From: Selaginella moellendorffii
Lineage: Eukaryota; Plantae; Lycopodiophyta
DNA length: 64,000 nt
Direction: 5' to 3'
NCBI RefSeq assembly: GCF_000143415.4
Contig: NW_003314335.1
Coordinates: 464,113 to 528,112, forward strand
The notes under the pieces were generated by a model, which was given only the letters and a program-made list of their open reading frames with translations, was not told the origin of the DNA and did not search any database. This document shows, piece after piece, positions 36,640-48,976 of the stretch. Both the position numbers and the translations under genes were made by a program. Position 1 is the first letter of the stretch, and every line of letters begins with the position of its first letter.

Positions 36640-38203
36640 ATGGAAGGCAAGGAGCCCGGATCCAGGGCATGGAGGCCAGCGCTGGGATTGCCGGCGATCT
36701 TCCAGCTCGCGCTCGCGATCTTCACCGTGTGCTTCTTGATCCAGCAGCTGCGTCCGCCGCCGAGCAATGCGAGCTACGATCGAGCGATGGATCGCCGGCG
36801 CGAGCGAGGGCAAGATCAAGATCAAGAAGATCAAGAAACGCGGCTGGGCAATATCCTCTTTGGGATCGGGGCGGCGTCGAGCGTTCTTGAGAGGAGGAAA
36901 GATTTCATCAAGGCGTGGTGGAGGCCCGGCCAGACTCGCGGATTCGTCTTCGTGGATCAGCCGCCGCCGCTGGCCGAGTCTTTCTGGGACAATTCCTCGC
37001 TCCCGGAGCTCCGGATCTCGGAGAGCACCGCGCGATTCAGGTACACATTCCCGAGAGGGCGGCGATCCGCCATCCGGATCTCCAGGATCGTCTCGGAGAT
37101 GTTTCGGATGGGGCTGCCCGGCGTGAGATGGTTCGTTCTTGGCGACGATGACACGGTCTTCTTCGTTGACAACCTCGCCCGCATGCTCGCCAAGTATGAC
37201 CACACCAAGTTCTTCTACGTGGGATCCAGCTCCGAGAACCATCTCCAAAATGTGAGAGGCTTCTCGTCCTTCATGGCCTATGGAGGAGGGGGATTCGCGA
37301 TAAGCTACGCGCTGGCCGAGGCACTCGCAGCGATGCAAGACGATTGCCTCGAGAGGTACCACTTTCTCTACGGGAGCGATGATCGGATCCAGGCTTGCAT
37401 GGCCGAGCTGGGCGTGCAGCTCACTCGAGAGCCCGGATTCCACCAGGTAAAACTCTCTCAATCGTGTTTCTCTCTTCCTCGATCGTCTAAAGTTTGTTCT
37501 TTTGCTGCTCGTTCTTCCAGCTCGATGTTTTGGGCGATGCTTCTGGGCTTCTAGCAGCTCATCCCATCGCTCCAGCGCTCTCTCTACACCATCTCAACGT
37601 CATCCATCCGCTCTTCCCCAATGCAACGCAGCGGCAGTCCATCAATCGCCTCTTCTCGGCGGCAAGGATCGACCCGGCGGGGATCTTCCAGCAGTCGATT
37701 TGCTACGACAGACACAGGAACTTTTCGATCCAGGTATCGTGGGGCTACCTCGTAGAAGTTAGCCAGGAACTTATCTCTCCCAGGATCCTGGAGCTCCCGC
37801 TGAGAACTTTCGTGGGGTGGTATGGCGAGAGAAGTGAGCTGAGCTTCCCGTTCAAGACGAGGGCCCTGCCGGTGGATCTCTGCCAGAGGCCCGTGAGGTT
37901 CTACATGGAATCCGTGAAGAGCAGCAGCAATGGCAGTGGAATCTCTGTGAGCAATTACGTCAAGAGTGAGGCGCCGGCGGCCGCGGCTTGCTCGAGCTTG
38001 CTTGGGGTCGAGACGATCTTAGTGGACAAGGAAGCAAGCGATGAATCGTGGTACAAGGTATGTGTTCTTCATTGCTATATCGATCAAAGTTGGCTGATGA
38101 TCTGGGAAAAAAATTCTAGGCACCAAGGAGGCAGTGCTGCAAGATTCTTGAATCGAGAGAGGGAGGAGGAGTTGTTCGTCTAGAGATTCGTCAGTGTAGC
38201 TAG
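36640..38203 (+). CDS. DUF604 / fringe-like (GT31-related) glycosyltransferase, 3 exons
   Basis: N-terminal TM anchor. ILFGIGAA, WFVLGDDDTVF, MAYGGGGFAIS, GSDDRIQACMAELG, EPGFHQ|LD, QQSICYD, APRRQCC. Confidence 0.93.
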
Positions 38204-38650
38204 TTCAGGATTTGGGACTAAACTGTAAATTTCGCTGAGAAGGAATTTAGTCAAGAGATTTACAAAGGCTTTCAGTCCCGGCAGAAGATTTTGACTGGTG
38301 GGAGTGTGATTTCTCTTTTGGAGCTGATATGATCAGTTTTTACACCGGAGTCATGCTTGGCGATCGAACGCTGGGTATGCTGGAAAGATCGAGAGAAATG
38401 TGGTGGATAGCCATTCTTGCAGCATTTGCCCGCAAGCGGCATTTTTATCTCGTCGGTGCTCTGCTTAGCAAGATGCCCAGTAAAGCTTTGAGTATTTGCC
38501 TCGCTGGCTCGCGAGGCTATTACTCCCGAGGCTCAAAGTGATTATCAGGTAGTGTTTCCTTGTTTCCTTCGTGTTACTATGGAGGAGGAGGAGATTAAAG
38601 TTCCCGCGCTATAAATACCTTGCCACCTTTTTTCGTCACGGGGCTTGGCG

Positions 38651-41600
38651 ATGGCGGAGGCCTCTGGGCTTGGGCCGTGCGAGCTGGGCGGCGACTTTAC
38701 CTTCGAGCGCAAGCACGGTGGCCAGCGATCCTGGACGGACGACGATGGTCTCGGCGGCTCGGCGTTTGGCGATGGCCACCACCGCGATCGAGGCGACGAC
38801 GATCTTCTCTGGGCCGCCCTGGAGAAGCTCCCAACTTATCGCCGGCTTCGCACGACTCTCCTGGAAGAACTCGAGGCTGGAGATCAAGATCAAGATCAAG
38901 GTATGTTGCTTTAGATCTTACTCTCTCGAGACGATCCAATAGAGCTTAAACTTTTCTCCAGGATCGACCAAGCACGTCATGGACGTGAGCAGCTTGACCC
39001 GGATGGAGAGGCAGAGGATCATCGAGAGAGCCTTCGCCACCACGGACCAAGACAACGAAACGCTGGTGGCGAGGCTGCGAGAGAGAATCCAGGCGGTGGG
39101 AGTGCAAATCCCGCGAGTGGAGGTCCGCTTCCAGAACCTCCGCGTCTCCGCCGACGCCTACGTCGGATCCAGAGCCCTCCCAACGCTCGTTAACTTCGTG
39201 AGGAACATTATCGAGGGCCTCCTAGCAGCGTCCGGGGTCCTGGCCTCGAAAAAACGCGAGATCCACATCCTGAAAGACGTGAGCGGGGTGGTGAAGCCGG
39301 GAAGGACGATGCTGCTGCTGGGGCCTCCCGGATCCGGCAAGTCGACGCTCCTGCGAGCTCTTGCCGGGAAGCTGGATCAAAGCCTCAAGACCACCGGAGC
39401 CGTCACTTACAATGGTCACAGCTTGGACGAGTTCGAAGCTCGGAGAACTTCCTCGTACATTAGCCAGGAGGACGATCACATCGGCGAGCTTACGGTCCGC
39501 GAGACGCTCGACTTTGCTGCTCGCTGCCAGGGAGTTGGATTCACGATCGATCTACTGATGGAGCTGCTGCGGCGGGAGAAGCGCGAGAACATCCGGCCGG
39601 ATCCATGCATCGACGCGTTCATGAAGCTGGCGGCGGTGGAGGGCGCGCGCCACAGCGTCCGGACGAACTACGTGATGAAAGTCCTGGGCCTGGAGATCTG
39701 CGCGGACACGGTGGTGGGGAGCGACATGCTGCGCGGCGTCTCGGGCGGGCAGAAGAAGCGCGTCACCACCGGGGAGATGATCGTCGGGCCCAAGAAGACG
39801 CTCTTCATGGACGAGATCTCCACGGGGCTGGACAGCTCCACCACCTTTCAGATCGTCAGGTGTGTCCGCAACTTCGCGCACTCGCTCGAGGGGACGGTGC
39901 TCATGGCGCTGCTTCAGCCACCTCCGGAAACATTCGAGCTCTTCGACGACGTCCTGCTCCTCGCCGAGGGTCACATCGTCTACCTCGGCCCCCGCGAGCA
40001 CATCCTCGACTTCTTCGCGAGCTTGGGCTTCCAGCTCCCGCCCCGCAAGGCCATCGCGGACTTCCTCCAGGAGGTGACGTCCCGGAAGGATCAGCAGCAG
40101 TACTGGGCGGACGAAACACGGCCTTACAGCTACGTCCCGGTCGCCACCATCGCCAGGGCTTTCAAAGGCTACGAAGTTGGCAAGGACCTCGGACTCCACC
40201 TCGGGTCCCCGTTCGAGAAGGAGTCCGGCCACCCCGCCGCGCTCACGAAGACCAAGTATGGAATCCCGCGCTGGGAGATGTTCAAGGCATGCACCGAGCG
40301 CGAGTGGCTTCTCATCAAGCGCAACCGGTTCCTCTACTCGTTCCGGACTGCGCAGGTCGCGTTCATGGCGTTCGTGGCCGGGACCTTGTTCTTGCGGACG
40401 AGGATCCATCCGGACAGTGAGAGCGATGGAAATCTCTACCTCGCCACGCTCTTCTACGCGCTGGTTCACATGATGTTCAATGGTTTCTCGGAGATGGCGA
40501 TCACGGTTCATCGGCTGCCAGTGTTCTACAAGCAGCGGGACAACCTCTTCTTTCCCGGCTGGGCGTTTTCGCTCCCAAGCTGGCTGCTCCGGATACCATA
40601 CTCGGTGATCGAGGGAGTGATCTGGTCGTGTATTGTCTACTACATGGTCGGACTGGATCCACAGCCGCAGAGGTTCTTCCGCTATATGTTCTTGCTGGTT
40701 CTCATGCACCAGATGGCTCTTGCGATGTTTCGCTTCATCGGTGCCGTGGGGAGGAACATGATCGTCGCCAACACGTTTGGATCGTTTGGGATTCTTATTG
40801 TTTTCCTCCTCGGGGGCTTCGTGATCGATAGAACTCACATACCAGGGTGGTGGATCTGGGCTTATTGGCTCTCGCCGCTCTCGTACGCCGAGAACGCGCT
40901 GGCCGTGAACGAGTTTGGAGCTTCACGGTGGGATAAGTCCGTGCATGGTGACGACGGAAAGCTCTACGTGAAGATCTTGAAGCCGAGGGGCCTCTTTGTG
41001 GAGAGTTACTGGTATTGGATCGGGATTGCGGTGCTGGTCGGGTATATAGTTTTGCTCCAGCTGCTGGGAACGCTCGCTCTCTCGTATCTCAATCCTCTCC
41101 GGAAGCCTCAGGCCGTGGTCTCGGAGGAAAGTTTGCGAGAGATGGCGGACAATGACGCGGAAGTTCGTGAGAGTCCAGTAGCGATCGAGGTTTTGCCAGT
41201 ATCGAATGGAGGAGGAGGAGTGACGAAGAAAGGGATGATCCTGCCGTTCCAGCCGCTGGCACTAACTTTCCAGAAGGTTTGCTACTTCGTGGACGTTCCG
41301 GCCGAGATGAGAGCCCAGGGAGTGACCGAGGACAGGCTCCAGCTTCTCCGGGACGTGAGCGGAGCTTTCAGGCCGGGGGTTCTTACAGCGCTCGTCGGCG
41401 TGAGTGGAGCCGGCAAGACGACTCTCATGGACGTTCTTGCGGGGAGGAAAACCGGGGGATACATCCAGGGCGACGTGAGGGTCTCCGGGTTTCCAAAGCT
41501 CCAGAAAACTTTCGCGAGGATCTCCGGCTACGTGGAACAAACGGACATACATTCCCCACAGGTGACCGTCTACGAATCGCTCGTTTACTCCGCGTGGCTG

Positions 41601-43073
41601 CGACTCCCGGCCGAGGTGGACGCCGCCACCCGCTATTCGTTCGTGGAGAAAGTCATGGAGCTGGTTGAGCTTGGCAACTTGAGAAACGCCCTCCTGGGAC
41701 TTCCAGGAACGTCGGGGCTGTCCACCGAGCAACGCAAAAGGCTGACCATCGCCGTGGAGCTCGTTGCCAACCCCTCGATTATCTTCTTGGACGAGCCAAC
41801 GTCGGGTCTGGACGCTCGAGCAGCTGCGATCGTGATGAGAACCGTGAGAAACACGGTGGACACCGGAAGAACAGTGGTTTGCACCATCCACCAGCCGAGC
41901 ATCGATATCTTCGAGTCGTTCGACGAGCTCCTGCTGATGACTCGCGGGGGCCGAGCCATCTACGTCGGCCCGCTGGGACTCCACTCCAAAACCATGGTCG
42001 ACTACTTCCAGTCCATTCCAGGAGTTCCTCCGCTGCGAGAAGGCTACAATCCAGCGACCTGGATGCTCGAAGTCACGAGCCCCTCGGCGGAGCTCCGGCT
42101 AGGCCAAGCCTTCGCGGACATCTTCCAGAACTCCATGCAGTACCAAGACAACGAGAAGTTGATCGAGTCACTGAGCTCTCCAGCTCCAGGATCCAAGGAT
42201 CTCGAGTTCCCGACCAAGTACTCCCTGGACTTTTGGAGCCAGTGCCGGGCTTGCCTGTGGAAGCAGCACTTGACGTACTGGAGGAACCCATACTACAACG
42301 TTGTCCGGCTCTTCTTCACGCTCGTCTGCGCGCTCATCTTCGGCTCAATCTTCTGGGGCGTGGGGAGGCACCGTGAGACGCAGCAGGACGTTTTCAACGC
42401 CATGGGAGTCTTGTTCGCGGCGGTGGTGTTCCTGGGAGTAAACAACGCGTCCAGCGTCCAGCCGGTGGTGTCCGTGGAGAGGACCGTGTTCTACAGGGAG
42501 AGGGCAGCGGGGATGTACTCGCCGCTGCCTTACGCATTCGCGCAGGGGGCGATCGAGCTCCCATACATCTTCGTCCAGACGCTCCTCTACGGCGTGGTCA
42601 CGTACGGCATGGTCCAGTTTGAGCTCTCGCTCGTCAAGTTCCTATGGTATCTCTTCTTCATGTTCGTCACCTTGGCGTACTTCACGTTATATGGGATGAT
42701 GGCAGTGGGGCTTACACCATCACAGCAGCTGGCTTCGGTGGTTTCCTCGGCCTTCTACTCGCTCTGGAACTTGTTCTCGGGGTTCTTCATCCCCAAGAGG
42801 AGGATCCCCGGGTGGTGGCTGTGGTTTTACTACTTGAACCCGGTCAGCTGGACGATCTATGGGCTGACGGTGTCGCAGCTCGGGGATGTGGAGGACGAGA
42901 TTGGAGTTGGAGATGGATTGGAAACGATGAGCGTCAAGGAGTTTCTGGAGCGATACTTCGGGTTTGAGGAGGGATTTGTGGGAGTTTGCGCGATGGTGAT
43001 TTTGGGGTTTATGCTGCTCTTCTGGCTCGTCTTTGCGTTCTCCATCAAGTTCATCAACTTCCAGAGGCGATAG
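38651..43073 (+). CDS. Full-size ABCG (PDR) transporter with a single intron at 38901-38961
   Basis: [72 protein letters not shown]-terminal NFQRR. Uninterrupted 1364-aa ORF after the intron. Confidence 0.97.
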
Positions 43074-43329
43074 ATTTCATATACAAATTACGTGTACTGA
43101 GGATGAAGTCTACTTCTCTATTGTTTCAACACAGTTAAGATTTCACAACACCCATTTTTGAAGAATAGCTAGAAATTCCAAACTTTGCGGGAAGCGGCGA
43201 GATACAACCAACTGAGAATCGGACTCATCTTCTTCTGTTCATCATGTGACGAGTGTTCCACATCCCATGGATGAGCTCAGTACATAAGGTCGTGGCAACG
43301 CAAAACAGAACAGGAGTCAAGTTTGGAAG

Positions 43330-43450
43330 CAGGGAGTATTGACGCATAGTCAGCCTCTCGTTTGGGTCTAGCTGGAGAATGAGATCCTCCGCATCCCCAC
43401 TAACATGTGTCCAGTCCAGGGCCCATGCCCCCGACATCCACCCTCTCGTC
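43330..43450 (-). pseudogene. Relic of the same kinase family as the array kinase
   Basis: LDWTHVSGDAEDLILQLDPNERLTM vs LDWTDVSEEAKDLILQLLHLDPRKRLPI. Shared DNA agctggagaatgagatc. Confidence 0.7.
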
Positions 43451-43779
43451 GTACTTTCCAAGAGAAGCCACCACCATGTATCTATCTGTCCCAATATTGC
43501 CTCACAGTCTCATATGCTCCTGCTTCCACACACCAAAGACCACCAACTTTACGTTGTTAAATATTTTTCTCCCAAGCGAACGTTGTCAGATTTTATGTCC
43601 CTGTGAGCCACGCCCATGCCGTACCATGCTCGCTCAAGTATATTCCGTGACGTGTACTTAGCTCCCCTTTCCCCCTCCTTTTAAGATTGCTCCATTTATT
43701 CCTATACGGAAATCTGACCTTTTTTCCTTTCTCCCCTATAAAATCCATTGAAAGAAATAGGTCTAGACATTGTTCCCGG

Positions 43780-44751
43780 ATGGATAGATATGACTATAGC
43801 ACACAGTCACCTCTCCTTGGACAAGGTACTGATGGAGTAGTTCGTCTAGCTCGCAACAGAGTCACTGGAGCCATGGTTGCAGTGAAGAAGCTCTCAAGCA
43901 AACATGATGCAGCCGACATGATGTGGGAGTGCGCAACTCTCCGGGCATGCCAGCACAAGAACATCATCCATCTGCACTCTAAGCTCGTGACCGAGCAAGG
44001 CCTTTTCATGGTGTTTGAGCTCATGGACGAGGACTTGTTCTCGTACATATGGGACGTGAGAGAGAGAGAAGGGAAAATCCCAGAGGTTGCGGTGAGGTCC
44101 ATTATGAAGCAGATCCTGGAAGCCCTCGCCTTTGTTCATTCTAAAGGCCTAATCCATAGAGACGTCAAGAGCTCTAACGTTTTAATCAACCACAACAAGA
44201 ATCTTAACAACAGCGTTGTGATCAAGCTCATTGATTTCTCTCGTGTATGCTTTGCGAGTGCGGGCAGTTGTGAGAACATGGGAAATGTATATTACAGAGC
44301 TCCAGAGCTTCTCTTGGGTGGTGAGAAGTATATTTATGGCCGGGAGATTGATATATGGGCGGCCGGATGCATCTTCCTTGAGTTACTAACGGGATTCCCT
44401 TTTGGCGATGACGATGGAAACTTCCCTCCAAACAGTGAACTCGACGTGATGAACAGTATCGTGAAATGGATTGGACCAGTGGACGAGACGACTTGGAAAG
44501 GAGTGAACAAGCTTGAAAATTATAACACGTACAAATCAAGCTTTCCAAGGAATCCATCAAACTTGCTACAGTCTAGGCTTGGGGACTCACCTGCGTATGA
44601 TCTGCTTAGGAAGATGTTGTGTTTGAATCCCAGGGAGAGGATCACTGCTAAAGAGGCATTGGAGTCAGATTATTTTAAAACTAGTGTATGGTCTCGGGTT
44701 TCTAAGTTTCTTTACTCTATCTTTTGTACAACACTCAACCTCTTTGCATAA
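43780..44751 (+). CDS. Intronless divergent CMGC/CDK-like kinase
   Basis: LGQGTDGVV, VAVKKL, MVFELMDEDL, HRDVKSSN, IDFS, YYRAPELLLG, DIWAAGCIF, RITAKEAL. Confidence 0.85.
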   Translation: MDRYDYSTQSPLLGQGTDGVVRLARNRVTGAMVAVKKLSSKHDAADMMWECATLRACQHKNIIHLHSKLVTEQGLFMVFELMDEDLFSYIWDVREREGKIPEVAVRSIMKQILEALAFVHSKGLIHRDVKSSNVLINHNKNLNNSVVIKLIDFSRVCFASAGSCENMGNVYYRAPELLLGGEKYIYGREIDIWAAGCIFLELLTGFPFGDDDGNFPPNSELDVMNSIVKWIGPVDETTWKGVNKLENYNTYKSSFPRNPSNLLQSRLGDSPAYDLLRKMLCLNPRERITAKEALESDYFKTSVWSRVSKFLYSIFCTTLNLFA

Positions 44752-44940
44752 TATGTAACCCTCTCTTGCACTGTGGGCGATGGAGAATAAAAAAAGACTC
44801 TACTTTTTTAACATCTTTAGAAGCATACTGCATTTTCTTTATGCGGCCATAATACTCTTGCAGCTCCCGAGTGTGAGGAATAATTACTAACATGCTCACC
44901 TTTGGGGCAAGCTTGAAAAGTCAAACTTTCCATCACACTT

Positions 44941-45040
44941 CTACAGTCTAGGCTTGGGGACTCACTTGCGTTTGATCTCATGAGCGAAGGAGATAATCAC
45001 TGCTAAAGAGGCATCGGAGTCAGATTACTTTAAGACTGCT
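44941..45040 (+). repeat. Partial duplication of the CDK-like 3' end
   Basis: ctacagtctaggcttggggactcac...atcactgctaaagaggcat.ggagtcagatta copies 44566-44680 with an internal deletion. Confidence 0.8.
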
Positions 45041-46079
45041 AAAGTTTCTCTTCCAGAATTTGAGCGAACGTTTATGATAAAGCATTTTTTTCAAACTGGA
45101 GTCTAGAAAGTTATTGATCAATTCAATTTACCTTTTAAAGAGATGATATTCAAACTAACACTTAGCTGGAGGGTCTTCATGTTGGAGTTCAATCTGTCTA
45201 GCATGCATTCTATTTTTATAGTTTTCGTGCTTGACCTCTTCAATCTACAACTTGAGAATACTGCTCTTAAAAGCTCTCAGTGTCCAAAGCTTGAGTTATG
45301 GCCTTAAGGACAACATTTGTAAAACAAGTTTAATACAAAACATTTCTATCTGATTAATGTATAATAAAGTTTTTTGGTATATATCTGAATATATTTAGAT
45401 ATTTTGAGACATTTAACGCTAAAATAAAGCTGTTTTAACTAATGCCTAATCCTCAAGAGATTCTACAGCCATGAAATGGTACTGGCTTAATCTTTATATG
45501 AGCTTTTTCAGTGCGAGGGTATATCCTTGTAAATTTAAATTGAATTGGAATTTTCCAATTGTACCAGCCACTTCCAAAGGCACCAGACTTTATTATACAC
45601 TGCATGTGACCCCTCTTGTGCATAAGAAAGAATATGTTTTTCTTTTCAATAAGTAAAAAAATTAAATCATGTTAATGCCGATGCAAGGCCCTACATAGCA
45701 CTAAGGCATACCTTTTTCAGAAAATATCAAGCTGACCACAACTCATAAAAAACTTGAAGTCCATTTATTATGCAATTTTGTAACATTTAAGATCCAACCT
45801 GAACTCTTCTGTGGCCTCCGACACAATTAAATAACTTAACAACTTTATTAAATATGTGCTAACAATGCAAAGCAGCTCAGGTGAGGAATAAAAGAGAGTA
45901 ACACATTCGCGAGGAATTTAAACACATCCCATTGGTGCCTCAAGATGGGCACTGCAAGATACACTATTACACCAGTAGAACATGCTCCACAACACTTTGT
46001 GAGAACACATGAGTGTTATTCCAACAAGATCATAGGGGATACCAGTTATTGCAGCATTGGAAGTCAATGGACGAGATGA

Positions 46080-46325
46080 TCATTCAGCAATGTCAACACC
46101 ATCTTCAAAAATCTCATTGCCCTCCATGTCAAAAATCTGAGTAGAGGCACCAGGGCAGCCCCATCCACAGCAACCAGATGGTGTTTTCTGATGGCATCTT
46201 CCAGGCCCCCCCCGGACCCCATAGCAGCAGCCAGTAGAACATTGCGAACTATAATTACATGCCATTGCAGTGGGCAGTAGCATAAGTGCTATCACAAACA
46301 GAACAAAGAAAGCCCCAATCTTCAT
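46080..46325 (-). CDS. Small secreted cysteine-rich peptide precursor, 81 aa
   Basis: Signal peptide MKIGAFFVLFVIALMLLPTAMA, 8-Cys core CNYSSQCSTGCCYGVRGGPGRCHQKTPSGCCGWGC, acidic tail IFDMEGNEIFEDGVDIAE. Confidence 0.75.
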   Translation of the reverse strand: MKIGAFFVLFVIALMLLPTAMACNYSSQCSTGCCYGVRGGPGRCHQKTPSGCCGWGCPGASTQIFDMEGNEIFEDGVDIAE

Positions 46326-46661
46326 AGCTCTGAGAAAACCTTATCCTCACTTCTACTAGATGGGCAGGGGGGTCTTATAGTCGAAGCCACTGAAAAAAAG
46401 ACCACTTGGTACGAGCTCGATTTGCTTGATTTCATGATTAAATCTAAACCAAAATATATAAAGTTTTTCCATAAATCATGCTCAACTAAACACAAGATCT
46501 CTCGTATATTCTTTTCTGTCATCATTGTGCCACGCGGCGGTCTATTTTACGAAATCCGCGTCTTAAATTCCAATGTCGCGTTCTTTGCTCCGCTAGGGAT
46601 TCCTTTCACTAAATTTCTTCTCCCATCTAGAGTCGCCATTGCGCTTGGATTCGCTACTGCA

Positions 46662-47951
46662 ATGTCCACGATCACAGTGCCGCCGATGCTTCCCCCCGTC
46701 CAGCAAGATTGCCAGGCCTTGCATCACGCTTTCAAAGGTGAGATCGATCGCTCGCGATCACCGAGATCACAGATGTAACTCTTCTTCTTTCCGCCAGGAT
46801 TTGGATGCGATGAGAAGCACGTCATACAAATTCTGGCGCACAGGAATTACTTGCAGCGGAGAGAGCTGGTAAACGCTTACAGAAGCATGTATGGAGAGGA
46901 TCTCTTGCGAAGATTGGAGAAAGAGCTCCACGGGAATCTCGAGGTGAGTTTAGTTTCTCAAGAACTTCGTGTGCGAATATTAAAATCTATCTTCCAGCAA
47001 GCAGTGCTGCTGTGGATGATGGAGCCAGCTGAAAGGGACGCGGTGTTAATCAGAGATGCGATGAAAGGACTGGGTACCAAAGATAAGACGCTGATCGAGA
47101 TCATCTGCTCGAGAACTCCCTCGCAGCTCTACTACATACGCCAGGCATATCAAACCAAGTATCATCGCTCCCTGGACAAAGACATTCAATCAGACACAAG
47201 TGGTGACTATAGAAAGGTGAGAAGAATACGAAAATCTCTTACCTCGATCGATCAAACGAGTTTTCACGAGCTTGTTCTTTGTCTTTGATTTTGCAGTTGC
47301 TCCTGGCCTTTGCGAGTGGACAGCGGCCAGAGGGGCCTCACGTAGACATGCATTTAGCTGACGCCGACGCCAGAGAGTTGTATAGAGCTGGAGAAGGAAG
47401 GCTTGGCACCGACGAGTCGACTTTCATTCGCGTTTTCTCGACGAGGAGTGCCGCGCAGCTCCACGCCGCATTCGCAGCCTACAAACACCTGTACAAGCGC
47501 GACATTGACAAAGTAAGCATCTATCCAGTGTCCAAAAAGCTGCCTAGTTCTTAAAGTTGGAAGGAAGGAAAGTGAAAACTTACTTTTGCTGGTAGGCCAT
47601 AAAGCGAGAAACTTCCGGGGACTTCGAAGATGCTCTGAGGCTGATCGTTAAGTCCGTAACAAGGCCTGGACGATACTTCGCCAAGGTTTGTCACGTTTTT
47701 TTCTTGCTTCCGTCCTTCCTTCGAAACTTACGCGTATTCTCTGCGTCCAGGTTTTGTATGACTCGATGAAACGTATGGGAACCGACGATTCGACGCTGAT
47801 TAGAGTGGTCGTCACCAGGGCCGAGCAGGATATGCAGTACATCAAGGCGGATTTCTACCAAAAGTACAAGAAGCCATTAGAATCAATGATCTCGGGTGAC
47901 ACTTCTGGAAACTACAAACACTTCTTGCTCAGCCTCGTCGGGGGGCACTGA
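46662..47951 (+). CDS. ANN: Annexin, copy A
   Basis: MSTITVPP, AFK|[69 protein letters not shown]. Five introns. Confidence 0.96.
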
Positions 47952-48976
47952 CGGGTCAATAGCCTGTAAATACAGCGCGTGAATTGGATTTTTTTTTCTT
48001 CTAGAAAGACTAAAACTTAGGACGAGTACCTCAAAAAGTTCGCAGAAATTATCCTCAGATAGAACACAGCCAAGATTCTCGGTCACCAGACACTGTAAAA
48101 TCTCTTTCCGAGAAGCTGGTGCTCGAGAGGCGTGAGCCACGCTGATGTAAGTTTCCAGATTGTGTATAGTACCATCTACAACACAACATTGTTGTTACGT
48201 CTTTGTTTACGATGAAAGAACTTAAACTAAGTACCTTGCGACACAATGCATTCGTAATCTGGCGGAGCGGCCAGCCAACCCCCATCACTGGTTTTCATAT
48301 GTCTTCTATCTGATGCGAAGTATCTTAAGAAATTGTGAGCAGAAACAACTCTGAAAAGCCTGTGACAAAAACAAAGAAACATGAGCACGATACCGAATTA
48401 AAACAAGGAGAGTGTTTCTTACCGGTCGAGCGAGTGTTTCTTCACAACTAGTGGCTTGAGAGCTTCATTGACGTAGGAACTAAAAGCAACGGGAAGTCCA
48501 AGGGATGTATCCAAATCCCAAACACTGGCTTCATCGGGTGTGGAGGATGAAAATCTCTTCTAGGAATTTTTTTTCTCGCAAAGAGTCAGAGAAAGCCTGT
48601 AATCCAAGAGCTAGCAGACCTGGATGCAAATGACGTGGTAGTCCCAAACACAAAATCCATCATCGCGGCTGCTGTTCTTCTGGCACCAAATTGGAAACTG
48701 GAAAAACAGCAAATGAAAATGAGAAGAAGTTAGAACTGAGATGAAAAGCCTCTACTGCTGCGAAAATCAGCACCAGCCTGTTTATCAGCGCTGAGGAGGA
48801 AGACAACGAAGAGATCCGAGGCATCTGGCAGCGCGATATTGAGCTCCATCAGAGCTTTGCAAAGCAAGAACACATTCTCCTCACTGAGAATCACGGATAG
48901 GTGAGATGATCGCCGCGATCGGATCCAATCCATACCAGTAGCAAGAAGTGTAGACGAGCGCCTTCCTCGCATCCAT
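47883..48976 (-). CDS. NTAQ1: Protein N-terminal glutamine amidohydrolase (NTAQ1/WDYHV1)
   Basis: [14 protein letters not shown]|[53 protein letters not shown]. The exact 3' end is less certain. Confidence 0.9.

Noticed and set aside
36811-38900. Shared (caagat)n DQDQ tract in the DUF604 and PDR genes
   Set aside because: It is a short low-complexity repeat with no flanking homology.
39552-41984. Long antisense ORFs of 428 and 240 aa
   Set aside because: These are expected shadows of the GC3-rich PDR coding sequence.
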